Of a stretch of DNA of 64,000 nt, positions 32,512-43,005 are shown one piece after another (positions within the stretch are counted from its first letter, which is position 1; every line of letters begins with the position of its first letter). This DNA comes from Candidatus Omnitrophota bacterium (GTDB lineage Bacteria; Omnitrophota; Gorgyraeia; Duberdicusellales; 4484-171). Made by a program: the position numbers and the translations under genes. The stretch spans positions 1 through 64,000 of the forward strand of contig JAIPGM010000007.1 of the NCBI GenBank assembly GCA_021735655.1, read 5' to 3'. Under the pieces are notes generated by a model. That model did not search any database, was not told the DNA's origin, and was given only the letters and a program-made list of their open reading frames with translations.

Positions 32512-32715
32512 TTATTTCTTTTTACCGTATTTCTTCAAAAACTTATCGACTCTTCCTTCAGAATCAACAAACTTTTGCTTTCCGGTGAAAAAAGGATGGC
32601 AATTTGAACAAATCTCCACATTGATTGATTTCCTGGTCGAACGAGTATGCACCACATTGCCACAAGCGCACATTACCGTTGCCTGCTCATACTTAGGATG
32701 TGTCTTTTCCTTCAT
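32512..32715 (-). CDS. rpmE: 50S ribosomal protein L31
   Basis: 67 aa: [22 protein letters not shown]...[13 protein letters not shown], with the zinc-ribbon Cys. Confidence 0.9.
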   Translation of the reverse strand: MKEKTHPKYEQATVMCACGNVVHTRSTRKSINVEICSNCHPFFTGKQKFVDSEGRVDKFLKKYGKKK

Positions 32716-32816
32716 TGCTTACCTCCGTTTTACTTAGATTTTACTTAAAATAATCACCATTTCAACCTCTCCTGGCCCCCTAAGGTCTTTGGGCTAAAAA
32801 GAGCTGTATTATATCA

Positions 32817-34118
32817 TTATTTATTAAGAGTCAACAGAAATTCCACGTTGTTCTGAGTTTTGGCTAATCTCTGAAGCAAAAGCTCAAGAGCCTCTACTGA
32901 GCTTAGCTCATTTAAGGCCTTTCTCAGTATCCATATCCTTGGCAACTCATCAGGATGTATCAAAAGCTCCTCTCTACGAGTATTGGAACGCTTAATGTCA
33001 ATTGCCGGATAAATTCTCTTCTGAAAGATGCTACGATCAAGGGTAATTTCCATATTACCAGTTCCCTTAAACTCTTCAAAAATTACATCATCCATTCGCG
33101 ATCCAGTATCAATAAGCGCTGTTGCAATTATAGTCAAAGAACCGCCCTCTTCCTGAGCCCGAGCTGCACCAAAAAATCTTTTCGGCTTATGCAAAGCTCC
33201 CGAATCAATACCTCCCGAAAGAATCCTTCCCGAATGAGGCTCAACAAGGTTATAAGCCCGAGCTAAACGAGTGATACTGTCTAGAAGTATAACCACGTCT
33301 TTCTTGTGCTCAACTAACTTCTTCGCCTTCTCGATAACCATCTCGGCGACTTGAACATGGCGCTGAGCCGGCTCATCAAAGGTCGAGCTAATAACCTCAC
33401 CCCTAACCATCTTTTTCATTTCAGTTACTTCTTCCGGTCGTTCATCAATAAGCAGAACCATCAAAATAACCTCTGGATAGTTCTTAGCAATAGAATTCGC
33501 TACCTTCTGAAGCAGGACTGTTTTTCCGCTGTAAGGCGGAGCAACAATCAAACCGCGCTGGCCCTTACCAATCGGACAAAGAATATCCAATATCCGAGTC
33601 GAAGGTTCCTTAGGTTCAGTCTCTAAAATAAATCTGTCCTTAGGGTAAATCGGGGTAAGGTTGTCAAAAAGAATTCTATTTCGTGACTCATCAGGATGCT
33701 CAAGATTAACTGCTTCAACCTTAAGCAAAGCAAAATACTTTTCATTATCCTTGGGCGGCCTAATTTGACCGCTAACCGTATCTCCGGTCCGAAGAGAAAA
33801 TTTTCTAATCTGAGAAGGAGAAACATAGATATCATCAGGTGAAGGTAAATAATTATAGTTTGTTGCCCTCAAGAACCCAAACCCTTCCGGCAGAACTTCT
33901 AATACTCCATCCCCAAACATTAACCCTTGTTTTTCAGCCTGAGCTTGCAGTATCTTAAAAATCAAATCCTGCTTTTTTACTCCACTCATGCCATTAACAT
34001 TAAGCTTTTTGGAAATTTTATTCAATTCAGAGACCTTCATCTCCTTAAGCGTGCCGATGTCAATGGTGCCATCTGTTTGAGCTTCTTTAGCCTTTACTTT
34101 TGTTTTAGGTTTTTCCAC
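32817..34118 (-). CDS. rho: transcription termination factor Rho
   Basis: 433 aa. It shows the N-terminal RNA-binding domain ([12 protein letters not shown]...QDLIFKIL), Walker [13 protein letters not shown] and ERPEEV. Confidence 0.95.
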   Translation of the reverse strand: MEKPKTKVKAKEAQTDGTIDIGTLKEMKVSELNKISKKLNVNGMSGVKKQDLIFKILQAQAEKQGLMFGDGVLEVLPEGFGFLRATNYNYLPSPDDIYVSPSQIRKFSLRTGDTVSGQIRPPKDNEKYFALLKVEAVNLEHPDESRNRILFDNLTPIYPKDRFILETEPKEPSTRILDILCPIGKGQRGLIVAPPYSGKTVLLQKVANSIAKNYPEVILMVLLIDERPEEVTEMKKMVRGEVISSTFDEPAQRHVQVAEMVIEKAKKLVEHKKDVVILLDSITRLARAYNLVEPHSGRILSGGIDSGALHKPKRFFGAARAQEEGGSLTIIATALIDTGSRMDDVIFEEFKGTGNMEITLDRSIFQKRIYPAIDIKRSNTRREELLIHPDELPRIWILRKALNELSSVEALELLLQRLAKTQNNVEFLLTLNK

Positions 34119-34690
34119 AGTAAATCAACCTCCTTGGTTAATTCTTTAATCTTACCACTATTATCAATAACAAAATCTGCCCGTTTTATTTTTTCTCTCA
34201 AGGGGCAATAAAAAGACAACCGCTTGAGAGCTAACCCTTTAGAAAATCCATATATTTCATTAAGCCGCTTAAGACTGACTTTTAGTTTCAGTTTAACCAA
34301 AACAACTAAATCAAACCTGGCGGTTAGTTTTTTCTCGAAAAGAAGTGGGACTTCGGCGATGGCGATTTTCGACCTAGCCTGCCTACGACATTTCTTAATC
34401 CAATTAGTCAAATCTTTAATGACTAACGGATGAACCACTCTTTCAAGTTTTTTCAACTTAACAGGATCGGAAAAAACAATCTCAGAAAGCAACTTCCGAT
34501 TAATCCGGCCACGGCTTAAAACTTCCGGAAACAAAGCTACTAACTTTTTATAAACTAAACCTTTACGATTACGATAATACTTATGAATCTGTTGATCACA
34601 ATTAAAAGTAGGGGCTCCTTTAGCCTTGAGCAACTTAAGAACCGTTGTTTTTCCGCTTCCAATATTTCCGGTTAAACCAACAACTAGCAT
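34094..34690 (-). CDS. coaE: dephospho-CoA kinase
   Basis: 198 aa with the P-loop [14 protein letters not shown]. Confidence 0.85.
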   Translation of the reverse strand: MLVVGLTGNIGSGKTTVLKLLKAKGAPTFNCDQQIHKYYRNRKGLVYKKLVALFPEVLSRGRINRKLLSEIVFSDPVKLKKLERVVHPLVIKDLTNWIKKCRRQARSKIAIAEVPLLFEKKLTARFDLVVLVKLKLKVSLKRLNEIYGFSKGLALKRLSFYCPLREKIKRADFVIDNSGKIKELTKEVDLLWKNLKQK

Positions 34691-34698
34691 AAACTTAA

Positions 34699-36078
34699 TT
34701 ATTGAGTCAATAAAGACTCATAAACCTCATAATAATGCTTAGCGGCTACTTCCCAGGAAAAATTATAGGTAACTATCTCATCTAAAATTTTCTGCCATTG
34801 ATCTTTATGATCAAATACCTTCTTAGCTCGATCTAAGGTTAAAAGTAAGTCCTCGGCAGCATAATTTTTAAAAACAAATCCGCCACCGCCGCAAGAAGCA
34901 TCGACAACCGTATCAACCAAGCCTCCAGTATGATTAACTATTGGTACAGTTGCATACTTATAACTGATCATCTGGGAAAGCCCGCAAGGCTCAAAACGTG
35001 AAGGCAATAAAAAAGCATCACAACCAGCATAAATTTTATGAGCTAAACTCTCATTAAAAGTTAAATTAAGCGAAAAAGAATTTTTGAATTGTTCACTCTT
35101 AGCCTTAAGCATCTGATGATACTGCTCATCACCTAAACCAAGAATAACCAGCTGATATTTACCAAGCATTTCATCTAAAGCCTGATGAAGAATATCAACT
35201 CCCTTTTGTTCGGCTAAACGGCTAACCATCCCAAGCAAAAAAATATCTTCATCAACCTTAAAACCAAGCTCTTTTTGGAGACCCTTCTTATTTATTTTCT
35301 TATCCGAAAGGGACTTTGGACTATATTTCTTATCGATAAGGTTATCTATTGCCGGGTCCCAAATATGATAATCAATAGCATTAAGAATACCAATTACCTT
35401 ATCGCCTCTTTCGGCTAGCACGCCCTCTAGGCCACAGCCAAATTCAGGAGTTTTAATCTGTTTAGCATAGGTAGGGCTTACCGTATTCACTAGGTCGGAA
35501 AAAATAATCCCCCCTTTAAGTAAATTGATCTTATCGTAAAACTCCAAGTATTCAGGACGAAAATATTTTTCAGCTATCCCTAAAAGAGAAAATTTATCCT
35601 TATCAAAAATACCCTGATAAGCAACATTATGAATTGTTAAAACCGTCTTGGTTTTAGCATAAAAAGGATCGTCGCCGTGTTTTAGCTTAAGCGCAATATT
35701 AACCCAAGAAGTCTGCCAATCATTGCAATTAATTATATCGGGCTGGAAATCTATTTCCTTTAGAACTTTCAATACTTGATTACTAAAAAAAGTAAACCGT
35801 TCTAAATTATCAGGATAGTCTCCAGAAGGAGTGCCATAGATTCCGGAACGAAGGTAAAATTCGTCATTCTTGATAAAGAAAAACTCTAACTTACCCTTTC
35901 GGCTAATCCCAAAACCATCACCCATTTGCTCAGGTTTTATGTTTTTATAAAGCGGTAGGAAAACTTTTACTTCACACCCAGACTCAACTAAGGCCGCCGG
36001 TAAAGCTGCAACGACATCAGCCAATCCACCAGTCTTAGCAAAAGGGAAAACCTCAGATGAACAAAAAGCTATTTTCAT
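34699..36078 (-). CDS. glgA: glycogen/starch synthase, ADP-glucose type (GT5)
   Basis: 459 aa. The N-terminal SSEVFPFAKTGGLADVVAALP is the KTGGL motif of bacterial GlgA. Confidence 0.8.
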   Translation of the reverse strand: MKIAFCSSEVFPFAKTGGLADVVAALPAALVESGCEVKVFLPLYKNIKPEQMGDGFGISRKGKLEFFFIKNDEFYLRSGIYGTPSGDYPDNLERFTFFSNQVLKVLKEIDFQPDIINCNDWQTSWVNIALKLKHGDDPFYAKTKTVLTIHNVAYQGIFDKDKFSLLGIAEKYFRPEYLEFYDKINLLKGGIIFSDLVNTVSPTYAKQIKTPEFGCGLEGVLAERGDKVIGILNAIDYHIWDPAIDNLIDKKYSPKSLSDKKINKKGLQKELGFKVDEDIFLLGMVSRLAEQKGVDILHQALDEMLGKYQLVILGLGDEQYHQMLKAKSEQFKNSFSLNLTFNESLAHKIYAGCDAFLLPSRFEPCGLSQMISYKYATVPIVNHTGGLVDTVVDASCGGGGFVFKNYAAEDLLLTLDRAKKVFDHKDQWQKILDEIVTYNFSWEVAAKHYYEVYESLLTQ

Positions 36079-38588
36079 TGAATATTCTCCAAATCACCCC
36101 AATTATTACCAGCCTTTAAGTTAACTTTAACCGGAATTTCTAAATCAACCGCTCCCTCCATCTGCTTTCGGACTAAAGCCGAAACCCGACTTAGTTCACT
36201 CTTAGGAAGATCAAAGATTAATTCATCATGAATTTGAATAGTAAGTTTTGCCTGTAATTTTTCCTGCTTTAATTGATTGTAAATTTTAATCATCGCGACC
36301 TTAATAATATCAGCGCAAGAGCCTTGAATCGGAGCATTAACTGCTTGACGAAGGGCAAACTCTCGTAACTTAAGATTAGGACTCTTTACCTCTGGTATCC
36401 TTCTTTGGCGACCCAAAATTGTCGTAACAAAGCCTTGTTTGTTGGCTTGAGCTTTAACCTCTTCTGAATAAGCCTTAACTCCGGGGTAACGCTTGAAATA
36501 ATCATCAATAAAATTTTGAGCTTCAATATTGCTAATTTTTAATTCACGAACTAGGCCGTATGAGCTCATACCATAAATAATCCCAAAATTTACTGTCTTG
36601 GCAACATTGCGTTCTAACTCCGAAACCTTATCATTCTTCTTACCAAAAAGTAATGACGCAGTATAAGTATGAATATCTAAGTTATCTCTAAAAGCCTTAA
36701 TTAGCTCTTTATCTTTAGAAAGATGAGCCAAAATCCGCAACTCAATTTGTGAATAGTCTCCAGAAAGAATACAACCATCAGGGCTCTTTGGAACAAAGGC
36801 TCTTCTCAAGGCATTTGAAAACTCGCCCTTAACCGGAATGCTTTGCAAGTTAGGTCCTGAGCTTGAAAGTCGGCCAGTTTGAGCCTTGGTTTGATGAAAT
36901 TGAGTATGTAACATTCCTTTATTGGCCTTAACTTCTTGAATCAACGGCATAATATAGGTATTTTTAAGCTTATTTAAATGCCGGTGCTCAATAATGTCCT
37001 TGGCTATTGAATGATCTAAAGAAAGTTTTTCTAAAACTTCTTCATTGGTTGAATACCCGGTCTTAGTTTTTTTTACTGGCGGTATGCCCAACTCCTGAAA
37101 AAGGACTAAACTCAGCTGTTTAGGAGAGTTTAAGTTAAACTCATGCCCAGCTGCTTTAAAAACCGCTGCCTGATGGGACATGACTTTTGCTTCAACCTCC
37201 TCTAATAACTTAGTTAACACCTTAGCCTGGACCTTAACTCCTTGAGCTTGCATCTGGCTTAAAACTTCAATTAGCGGCACTTCTACTTCAAAAAAAAGTT
37301 TATCCAAAGACTGTTTTTTTAATGTCTCTAAGAATAACTGATAAAGTTTATAGATAAAATAAGGTTTAAGCTCATCAGGTATTTGATTAGTATGCTCTCC
37401 TAAATAGTGATTAACAACTGCCTCTAGCTCATAATCAATGAGACTTGAATCTAAGAGATAAGCGGCTATTTTGGTATCAAACCAGACCCCTTGAAGTTTA
37501 CTGATCGCCGACGCAGAATCAGCCATCTTTTCCCTAAAACCATGAGATAACTTCTTAATTTTCTGATCAGTAAGAATATCTTCCGCTTCACTTAAAGCCA
37601 GTTTATAAATACAGTTTTTAAATTGATCAAAAATAAAAATATCATTACCGCTAACCACTAAAGGCAACGGCTCTTTAACCAAATTTTCTTTTGCCTTTTT
37701 ATCTAAACTAGTTTTTACCGCTAAATCTATTTCCAGCTTTGGCGCCGGAAGATCTTTTAAAAATGCCTTAAATTCAAATTCGCTAAACATATCATACAAA
37801 CCTTTAGTATCAATCTGATCTATTTTCAAATCATCACAACTCAATTCAAGCGCCGGCGTCTCTAGGGTCACCAACTCTTTGCTTAAGAAAACAGTTTCTT
37901 TACTTTCTTTCAATATAGTTTGCATTTTTGGTGAAACTTTATCTAAATTATTAAAAATATTCTCAACGGTTTTAAATTCTTTTACTAATTTGCTAGCGCC
38001 GACTTTTCCAATGCCTCTAGCCCCAGGAATATTGTCGCTGGCATCTCCGGCCAAAGCGAGATAGTCAATAATTTCTTCTGGCTTAAAACCATTTTCTTTA
38101 ATAAAATCGCTACGGTTAGTAAACTTGTCTTTGTGGTAACTATAAATACTTACCTCATCGTTCTCAAGAAGTTGATAAAGATCCTTATCAGAAGAAACAA
38201 TTACAACTTGTTTTTTACGACTGGTTGCCTGTTTACAAAGAGTAGCAATAACATCGTCGGCTTCAAAATTTTTCTTTTCGACTATTTTAATACCCAAATA
38301 AGAAATTAGTTTTTTCACCAAAGGGATTTGAGTCCCTAGGTCATCGGGCATCGGCGGACGCTGAATCTTATATTCTTTAAACTTATCCTGCCGAAAGGTT
38401 TTTCGGGAAACATCAAAACAAACTCCCAAATATGACGGATTATACTTTGAGATTATCTTTTTTAAAGTTTGATACACTCCGTATACTGAACCGGTAGGCA
38501 CTCCTTGTGAGTTTGAAAGTTTAATTGCAAAGAAAGAACGATAACATAAGGACGTCCCATCAACGAGATAAACTGTTTCCTTGGGCAT
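36075..38588 (-). CDS. polA: DNA polymerase I
   Basis: 837 aa. It has the 5'-3' exonuclease N-domain (VYLVDGTSLCYRSFFA) and a family A polymerase C-domain (RRAFVP, DYSQIELR, QIHDELIFD). The central 3'-5' exonuclease region appears reduced. Confidence 0.9.
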   Translation of the reverse strand: MPKETVYLVDGTSLCYRSFFAIKLSNSQGVPTGSVYGVYQTLKKIISKYNPSYLGVCFDVSRKTFRQDKFKEYKIQRPPMPDDLGTQIPLVKKLISYLGIKIVEKKNFEADDVIATLCKQATSRKKQVVIVSSDKDLYQLLENDEVSIYSYHKDKFTNRSDFIKENGFKPEEIIDYLALAGDASDNIPGARGIGKVGASKLVKEFKTVENIFNNLDKVSPKMQTILKESKETVFLSKELVTLETPALELSCDDLKIDQIDTKGLYDMFSEFEFKAFLKDLPAPKLEIDLAVKTSLDKKAKENLVKEPLPLVVSGNDIFIFDQFKNCIYKLALSEAEDILTDQKIKKLSHGFREKMADSASAISKLQGVWFDTKIAAYLLDSSLIDYELEAVVNHYLGEHTNQIPDELKPYFIYKLYQLFLETLKKQSLDKLFFEVEVPLIEVLSQMQAQGVKVQAKVLTKLLEEVEAKVMSHQAAVFKAAGHEFNLNSPKQLSLVLFQELGIPPVKKTKTGYSTNEEVLEKLSLDHSIAKDIIEHRHLNKLKNTYIMPLIQEVKANKGMLHTQFHQTKAQTGRLSSSGPNLQSIPVKGEFSNALRRAFVPKSPDGCILSGDYSQIELRILAHLSKDKELIKAFRDNLDIHTYTASLLFGKKNDKVSELERNVAKTVNFGIIYGMSSYGLVRELKISNIEAQNFIDDYFKRYPGVKAYSEEVKAQANKQGFVTTILGRQRRIPEVKSPNLKLREFALRQAVNAPIQGSCADIIKVAMIKIYNQLKQEKLQAKLTIQIHDELIFDLPKSELSRVSALVRKQMEGAVDLEIPVKVNLKAGNNWGDLENIQ

Positions 38589-38651
38589 TGAAGTTAGTTT
38601 CTTTTAATCGCTAAAGAGGTTAAACGGCTGGTACAATGAGCTTCTTATTCG

Positions 38652-39497
38652 TTACCGGGAAACACGAAAAACAGCGTCGAGAGCATCTTTGAGCCTCTCA
38701 CCTGCAGACAAATAATCATTATTCTTTATATACTCTAAAGCACTCTTGGTGTTATTTAAAGCTTCCTGTTCTAAATAAAGCCTCTCTGCTTGTTGATAAA
38801 GCTTACGAGCGTGCTCTTTTAACTCTTGATCAGGAGGATTCAAGGCAAGAACTGTCTTAAATTCTCCTAGGGCCACTTCGGCATTGCCTTCTTTTAAAGC
38901 TCGATTACCAATATCAAAGTGAAGTTTTGCTTCCTCAGTAAGCATCAAGCGTTCCTGCTCACGCTTATAGATAAACTCTCTCGATAGACGGGCAGCTTTT
39001 TCTTCTAATAGCTCCTTACGTACCTCAGGATAAGTTCCTAACTTAAGTAAGTGCTGTCGGGAAACTTCCCACCAATAGTCGCCTTGCTGACCTAAGGTAT
39101 ATCTTTTCTTCCAATAAGTAGTAGCATTCCTTATATCGCCTTTTTTCTCATAAAGAAATGCTAAATTAGTATAAGCCGCTAAGTAGCTCGGATCAATCTT
39201 CAATACTTCCTTATAAGCTAGTAGAGCCTGATCTTCTTCGCCGATAGCCTCATAAATTACACCCAGGTCATTTTGAACCTCAGCATAATGAGGATCCATC
39301 TGAGCAGCCTTCTGATAATACATAAGCGCCGACTTTAAATCCCCCATCGACTGTAACCGATAGCCCTCTTCTCGATAATTACGGGCCTCTTGGTTAAGCG
39401 CACCAATTTTATCAAGATTCTCGGCCTGGGAAGTAAATAAAGGGAAGAGTAATAAAAGAGTGACTAGAAAAATCTTCATCAGTTTTAACTTTAACAT
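38652..39497 (-). CDS. secreted tetratricopeptide-repeat protein
   Basis: 281 aa with a signal peptide. It carries multiple TPR-like AxxxYxxA motifs (ALMYYQKAAQMDP, ALLAYKEVLKIDP). Confidence 0.6.
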   Translation of the reverse strand: MLKLKLMKIFLVTLLLLFPLFTSQAENLDKIGALNQEARNYREEGYRLQSMGDLKSALMYYQKAAQMDPHYAEVQNDLGVIYEAIGEEDQALLAYKEVLKIDPSYLAAYTNLAFLYEKKGDIRNATTYWKKRYTLGQQGDYWWEVSRQHLLKLGTYPEVRKELLEEKAARLSREFIYKREQERLMLTEEAKLHFDIGNRALKEGNAEVALGEFKTVLALNPPDQELKEHARKLYQQAERLYLEQEALNNTKSALEYIKNNDYLSAGERLKDALDAVFRVSR

Positions 39498-39545
39498 AAA
39501 TAGATATATCTGTCAAGAAAATTCATACTCGGCTTTGTATTTTAG

Positions 39546-39896
39546 CTATTCCTTAGAAGCCAAAGGATCGGGAATTTCCTTAGAAGATGACTTAACAGGT
39601 TGATCTAGCTTCTCTTTATCCACGTCACCACCGCCTGCATTTTCTGTACTCTCTTGGGAAAATAAAGATTTCCCCTGCTGCTTGGAAATATAGGCTAAAG
39701 AAATTGAAGTAACAAAGAAAAGAATTGCTAAAACAACCGTCAGTTTAACAAAGAATGAACTGGTTTTTGTACCAAAAATAGACTCAACCCCACCTAAAGC
39801 CTCAACTAATCCGCCGCTTCTTCCCCGCTGGATAAGAATAGCTCCAATTAAACCAATCGCGATAATTACATGTAAAACTAATACTAAATTATACAT
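39546..39896 (-). CDS. secG: preprotein translocase subunit SecG
   Basis: 116 aa. The sequence MYNLVLVLHVIIAIGLIGAILIQRGRSGG is typical of SecG, and there is a second TM helix. Confidence 0.8.
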   Translation of the reverse strand: MYNLVLVLHVIIAIGLIGAILIQRGRSGGLVEALGGVESIFGTKTSSFFVKLTVVLAILFFVTSISLAYISKQQGKSLFSQESTENAGGGDVDKEKLDQPVKSSSKEIPDPLASKE

Positions 39897-39915
39897 TTTA
39901 CCTCACTCCGTTTAT

Positions 39916-40671
39916 TTATAGAGAATTCTTAACTATTTGGGCAAATGAACTACTATCTAAAGATGCTCCTCCGACCAAAGCTCCATCAATATCAGCTTCT
40001 TGCATCAGCTCTTTAATGTTTGATGGCTTAACGCTTCCTCCGTAAATAATTCTCAAATTAGCCGCTAGCTGATCAGAGTACTGTTTAGCTAACCAGTTCC
40101 GAATAAACTTATGGACTTCTTCAGCCTGTTGAGGGGTCGCTGTCTTTCCAGTGCCAATAGCCCATACTGGCTCATAAGCAAGAACTAACCTTTCGACACT
40201 TTCAGCTTCTAAGCCTTTAAGGCCTCCAGAAAGCTGCTCCTCGATCACCGAGATAGTCTTATTTGCTTCACGCTCCTCTAAGGTCTCACCAACACAAACA
40301 ATTGGAATTAGATTTTCAGCTTGTGTGGCCTTTATTCGTTTATTAACCATCTCATCGGTCTCAAAAAAATATTTCCTTCGCTCTGAGTGACCAATGATAG
40401 CATAAAAACAACCAGCATCTTTAAGCATTGCTGCTGAAATTTCGCCGGTGAAAGCTCCGGAATTTTCCCAATATACGTTTTGGGCCCCTAACTTAATATT
40501 AGAATTTTGCAAAATATCAGAAACTTCTGAAAGGGCTACGTAAGTCGGACATACTGCTACATCAATTGTGTCCACATCAACCAACTCCCGTTTTAAACTA
40601 TTAACTAATTCTAAAGCTTCGGGAATGGTTTTCTGCATTTTCCAGTTTCCGGCTATAAATGGCTTTCTCAT
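39916..40671 (-). CDS. tpiA: triosephosphate isomerase
   Basis: 251 aa with AGNWKM, IGHSERR and AYEPVWAIGTGKTAT. Confidence 0.95.
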   Translation of the reverse strand: MRKPFIAGNWKMQKTIPEALELVNSLKRELVDVDTIDVAVCPTYVALSEVSDILQNSNIKLGAQNVYWENSGAFTGEISAAMLKDAGCFYAIIGHSERRKYFFETDEMVNKRIKATQAENLIPIVCVGETLEEREANKTISVIEEQLSGGLKGLEAESVERLVLAYEPVWAIGTGKTATPQQAEEVHKFIRNWLAKQYSDQLAANLRIIYGGSVKPSNIKELMQEADIDGALVGGASLDSSSFAQIVKNSL

Positions 40672-40736
40672 AATTAAATCTCCTTAATGAAACTTAGCTT
40701 TTTTGAAACCAAAGGCTCAAAAAAGCATTAGTTGAA

Positions 40737-41933
40737 TTATTTATCACTTAAGGCGGCTATTCCCGGCAAAACCTTTCCTTCTAAATACTCTAAGGATGCT
40801 CCGCCTCCGGTTGAAATGTGAGACATCTTATCACTTAAATTAAATTTAGCCACAGCTGCAGCAGTATCTCCACCGCCAATAACTGAGGTAACTTGGCTCT
40901 CGGCCGTTGCCTTAGCTACTGCTAAAGCTAATTCTTTTGTGCCTTGAGCAAACTTTTCATTTTCAAAGATTCCTGCTGGACCATTCCAAACAACTGTTTT
41001 ACTTTGAGCTATTTTATCACAAAATAATTTAATTGTCTTTGGGCCGATATCAACACCGATCCAGCCTTCAGCTATTGTTTGATCAGCAGTAACCTTTACA
41101 TTTAAAGACTCTTTAATGTTGTCAGTAATTACGTGATCTAAGGGCAAGACTAATTCGACTTTACTTTCTTTTGCCTTAGCCAGTATCTTCTCAACAATCG
41201 GGATACTATCAAGCTCAACCCTTGAAGAACCAATTTCAACACCCTTTACCTTCATAAAGGTATAGGCCATGGCTCCGCCGATTATAATACAGTCAGCGCG
41301 TTCAAGCATATTCTCAATAACCGGGATCTTATCAGCAACCTTAGCCCCACCAAGAATGAACAAGAAAGGCTTCTCAGCTTGAGTTAAAACTTTCTGAAAA
41401 TACTCTATCTCTTTTTGCACTAAAAAGCCTGAAACTGATTCAAGGTAATGAGTTACCCCTTCCGTTGAGGCGTGAGCCCGATGACAAGTTCCAAAAGCAT
41501 CATTAACAAATACATCACCCAAAGAGGCTAACTGCTTAGCAAAATCAGGATCATTCAGTGTTTCTTGCTCATAGAATCTTAAATTTTCAAGCAAGACAAC
41601 TTCGCCGACAGCTAAACTTTTAACCTTGGCTTTTACATCCTCACCAATACAATCTGAAAGCATCTCAACTGGCTTAGCTAACAATTCACTAAGACGTTCA
41701 GCTACTGGTTTAAGGCTATACTCTGGTTTTTTCTGACCCTTTGGTCTTCCCAAGTGGCTCATTAAGACTAATTTTGCCTGCTTGGATAAACAATAGTTTA
41801 TTGTCTCAAGAGCTGCCTTAATTCTTGAATCGTCAGTGATCTTCTGATGCTCATCTAGCGGCACATTAAAGTCTACTCGCATCAAAACAGTCTTGCCCTC
41901 TAGATTAATATCGGTTACTGATTTCTTATTCAT
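40737..41933 (-). CDS. pgk: phosphoglycerate kinase
   Basis: 398 aa with RVDFNVP, SHLGRP and GGGASLE-like C-terminal blocks. Confidence 0.95.
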   Translation of the reverse strand: MNKKSVTDINLEGKTVLMRVDFNVPLDEHQKITDDSRIKAALETINYCLSKQAKLVLMSHLGRPKGQKKPEYSLKPVAERLSELLAKPVEMLSDCIGEDVKAKVKSLAVGEVVLLENLRFYEQETLNDPDFAKQLASLGDVFVNDAFGTCHRAHASTEGVTHYLESVSGFLVQKEIEYFQKVLTQAEKPFLFILGGAKVADKIPVIENMLERADCIIIGGAMAYTFMKVKGVEIGSSRVELDSIPIVEKILAKAKESKVELVLPLDHVITDNIKESLNVKVTADQTIAEGWIGVDIGPKTIKLFCDKIAQSKTVVWNGPAGIFENEKFAQGTKELALAVAKATAESQVTSVIGGGDTAAAVAKFNLSDKMSHISTGGGASLEYLEGKVLPGIAALSDK

Positions 41934-41955
41934 ATTTTCCTTTTAAGTTAACTTC

Positions 41956-42951
41956 TTACTTAATCATATAGGGAATTAGATCAACCACTCGACATGAATA
42001 TCCCCATTCATTGTCATACCAAGAAAGAAGCTTAAAAAATCCCTGACCTAACTTAATTATACTCAAAGAATCATAAACTGAAGAATGAGTATTCCCGATT
42101 ACGTCTGCTGAAACTATTGGATCTTGGCAATACTCTAAAATTCCCTTCATCGGGCCATCAGCGGCTTTTTTCATGGCACTGTTAACCTCTTCTATCGAAG
42201 GATCTTTAACTAGCTTTACAGTTAAATCAACAATCGAACCGGTTGGAACCGGAACTCGCATAGCCAGCCCATTAAGCTTTCCGTCTAATTCAGGAATTAC
42301 TAAGCCAACTGCCTTAGCTGCCCCGGTAGTAGTCGGAATAATTGAAAGACCGGCTGAACGAGCTCGTCTTAAATCCGAATGCGGAAAATCAAGAATTCTT
42401 TGATCATTAGTATAAGCATGTACGGTTGTCATCAAACCTTCGACGATTCCAAAATTATCCTGCAAAACTTTCGCTATTGGTGCAAGGCAATTAGTAGTAC
42501 AAGATGCATTAGAAACGATCAAATCTTCATCTTTTAAGCTTTCGGTATTAACACCCAAAACGATTGTGTTGTCAACTTTATCTTTAGCCGGCACCGTGAG
42601 GATAGCCTTTTTCGCTCCGGCTTCAATATGCATAGCAACCTGATCACGCTTTCTGAAAACTCCAGTTGATTCAACAACTAAATCTACCCCTAATTCTTTC
42701 CAAGGAAGATTCTTAGGATCTCTTTCAGAAAGTATCTTTATTTCCTTGCCATCAACTACAATTGCCCCTTCTTTTGCGCTCACTGATTTAGAAAACTTTC
42801 CATATACTGAGTCATACTTTAAAAGATGGGCTAAAGTTTTCGCATCAGTTAAATCATTGATAGCGACTACTTCAATATCTTTTCTTTCACTAATTACCTT
42901 AAAAACATTTCTACCAATTCTGCCAAAACCATTAATTGCTACTTTTACCAT
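41956..42951 (-). CDS. gap: glyceraldehyde-3-phosphate dehydrogenase
   Basis: 331 aa with INGFGRIGR and the catalytic ASCTTNCLAP. Confidence 0.95.
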   Translation of the reverse strand: MVKVAINGFGRIGRNVFKVISERKDIEVVAINDLTDAKTLAHLLKYDSVYGKFSKSVSAKEGAIVVDGKEIKILSERDPKNLPWKELGVDLVVESTGVFRKRDQVAMHIEAGAKKAILTVPAKDKVDNTIVLGVNTESLKDEDLIVSNASCTTNCLAPIAKVLQDNFGIVEGLMTTVHAYTNDQRILDFPHSDLRRARSAGLSIIPTTTGAAKAVGLVIPELDGKLNGLAMRVPVPTGSIVDLTVKLVKDPSIEEVNSAMKKAADGPMKGILEYCQDPIVSADVIGNTHSSVYDSLSIIKLGQGFFKLLSWYDNEWGYSCRVVDLIPYMIK

Positions 42952-43005
42952 CTCAAAACCTCCTTTAATGAGACTGCCCCTTTAGGGGTCTAGTCAAATT
43001 ACAAC

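Noticed and set aside
32955-34211. Track ORFs 32955..33266(+), 33351..33626(+), 33623..33835(-), 33927..34211(+) within rho/coaE
   Set aside because: They are nested in unmistakable rho and coaE coding sequence, and therefore spurious.
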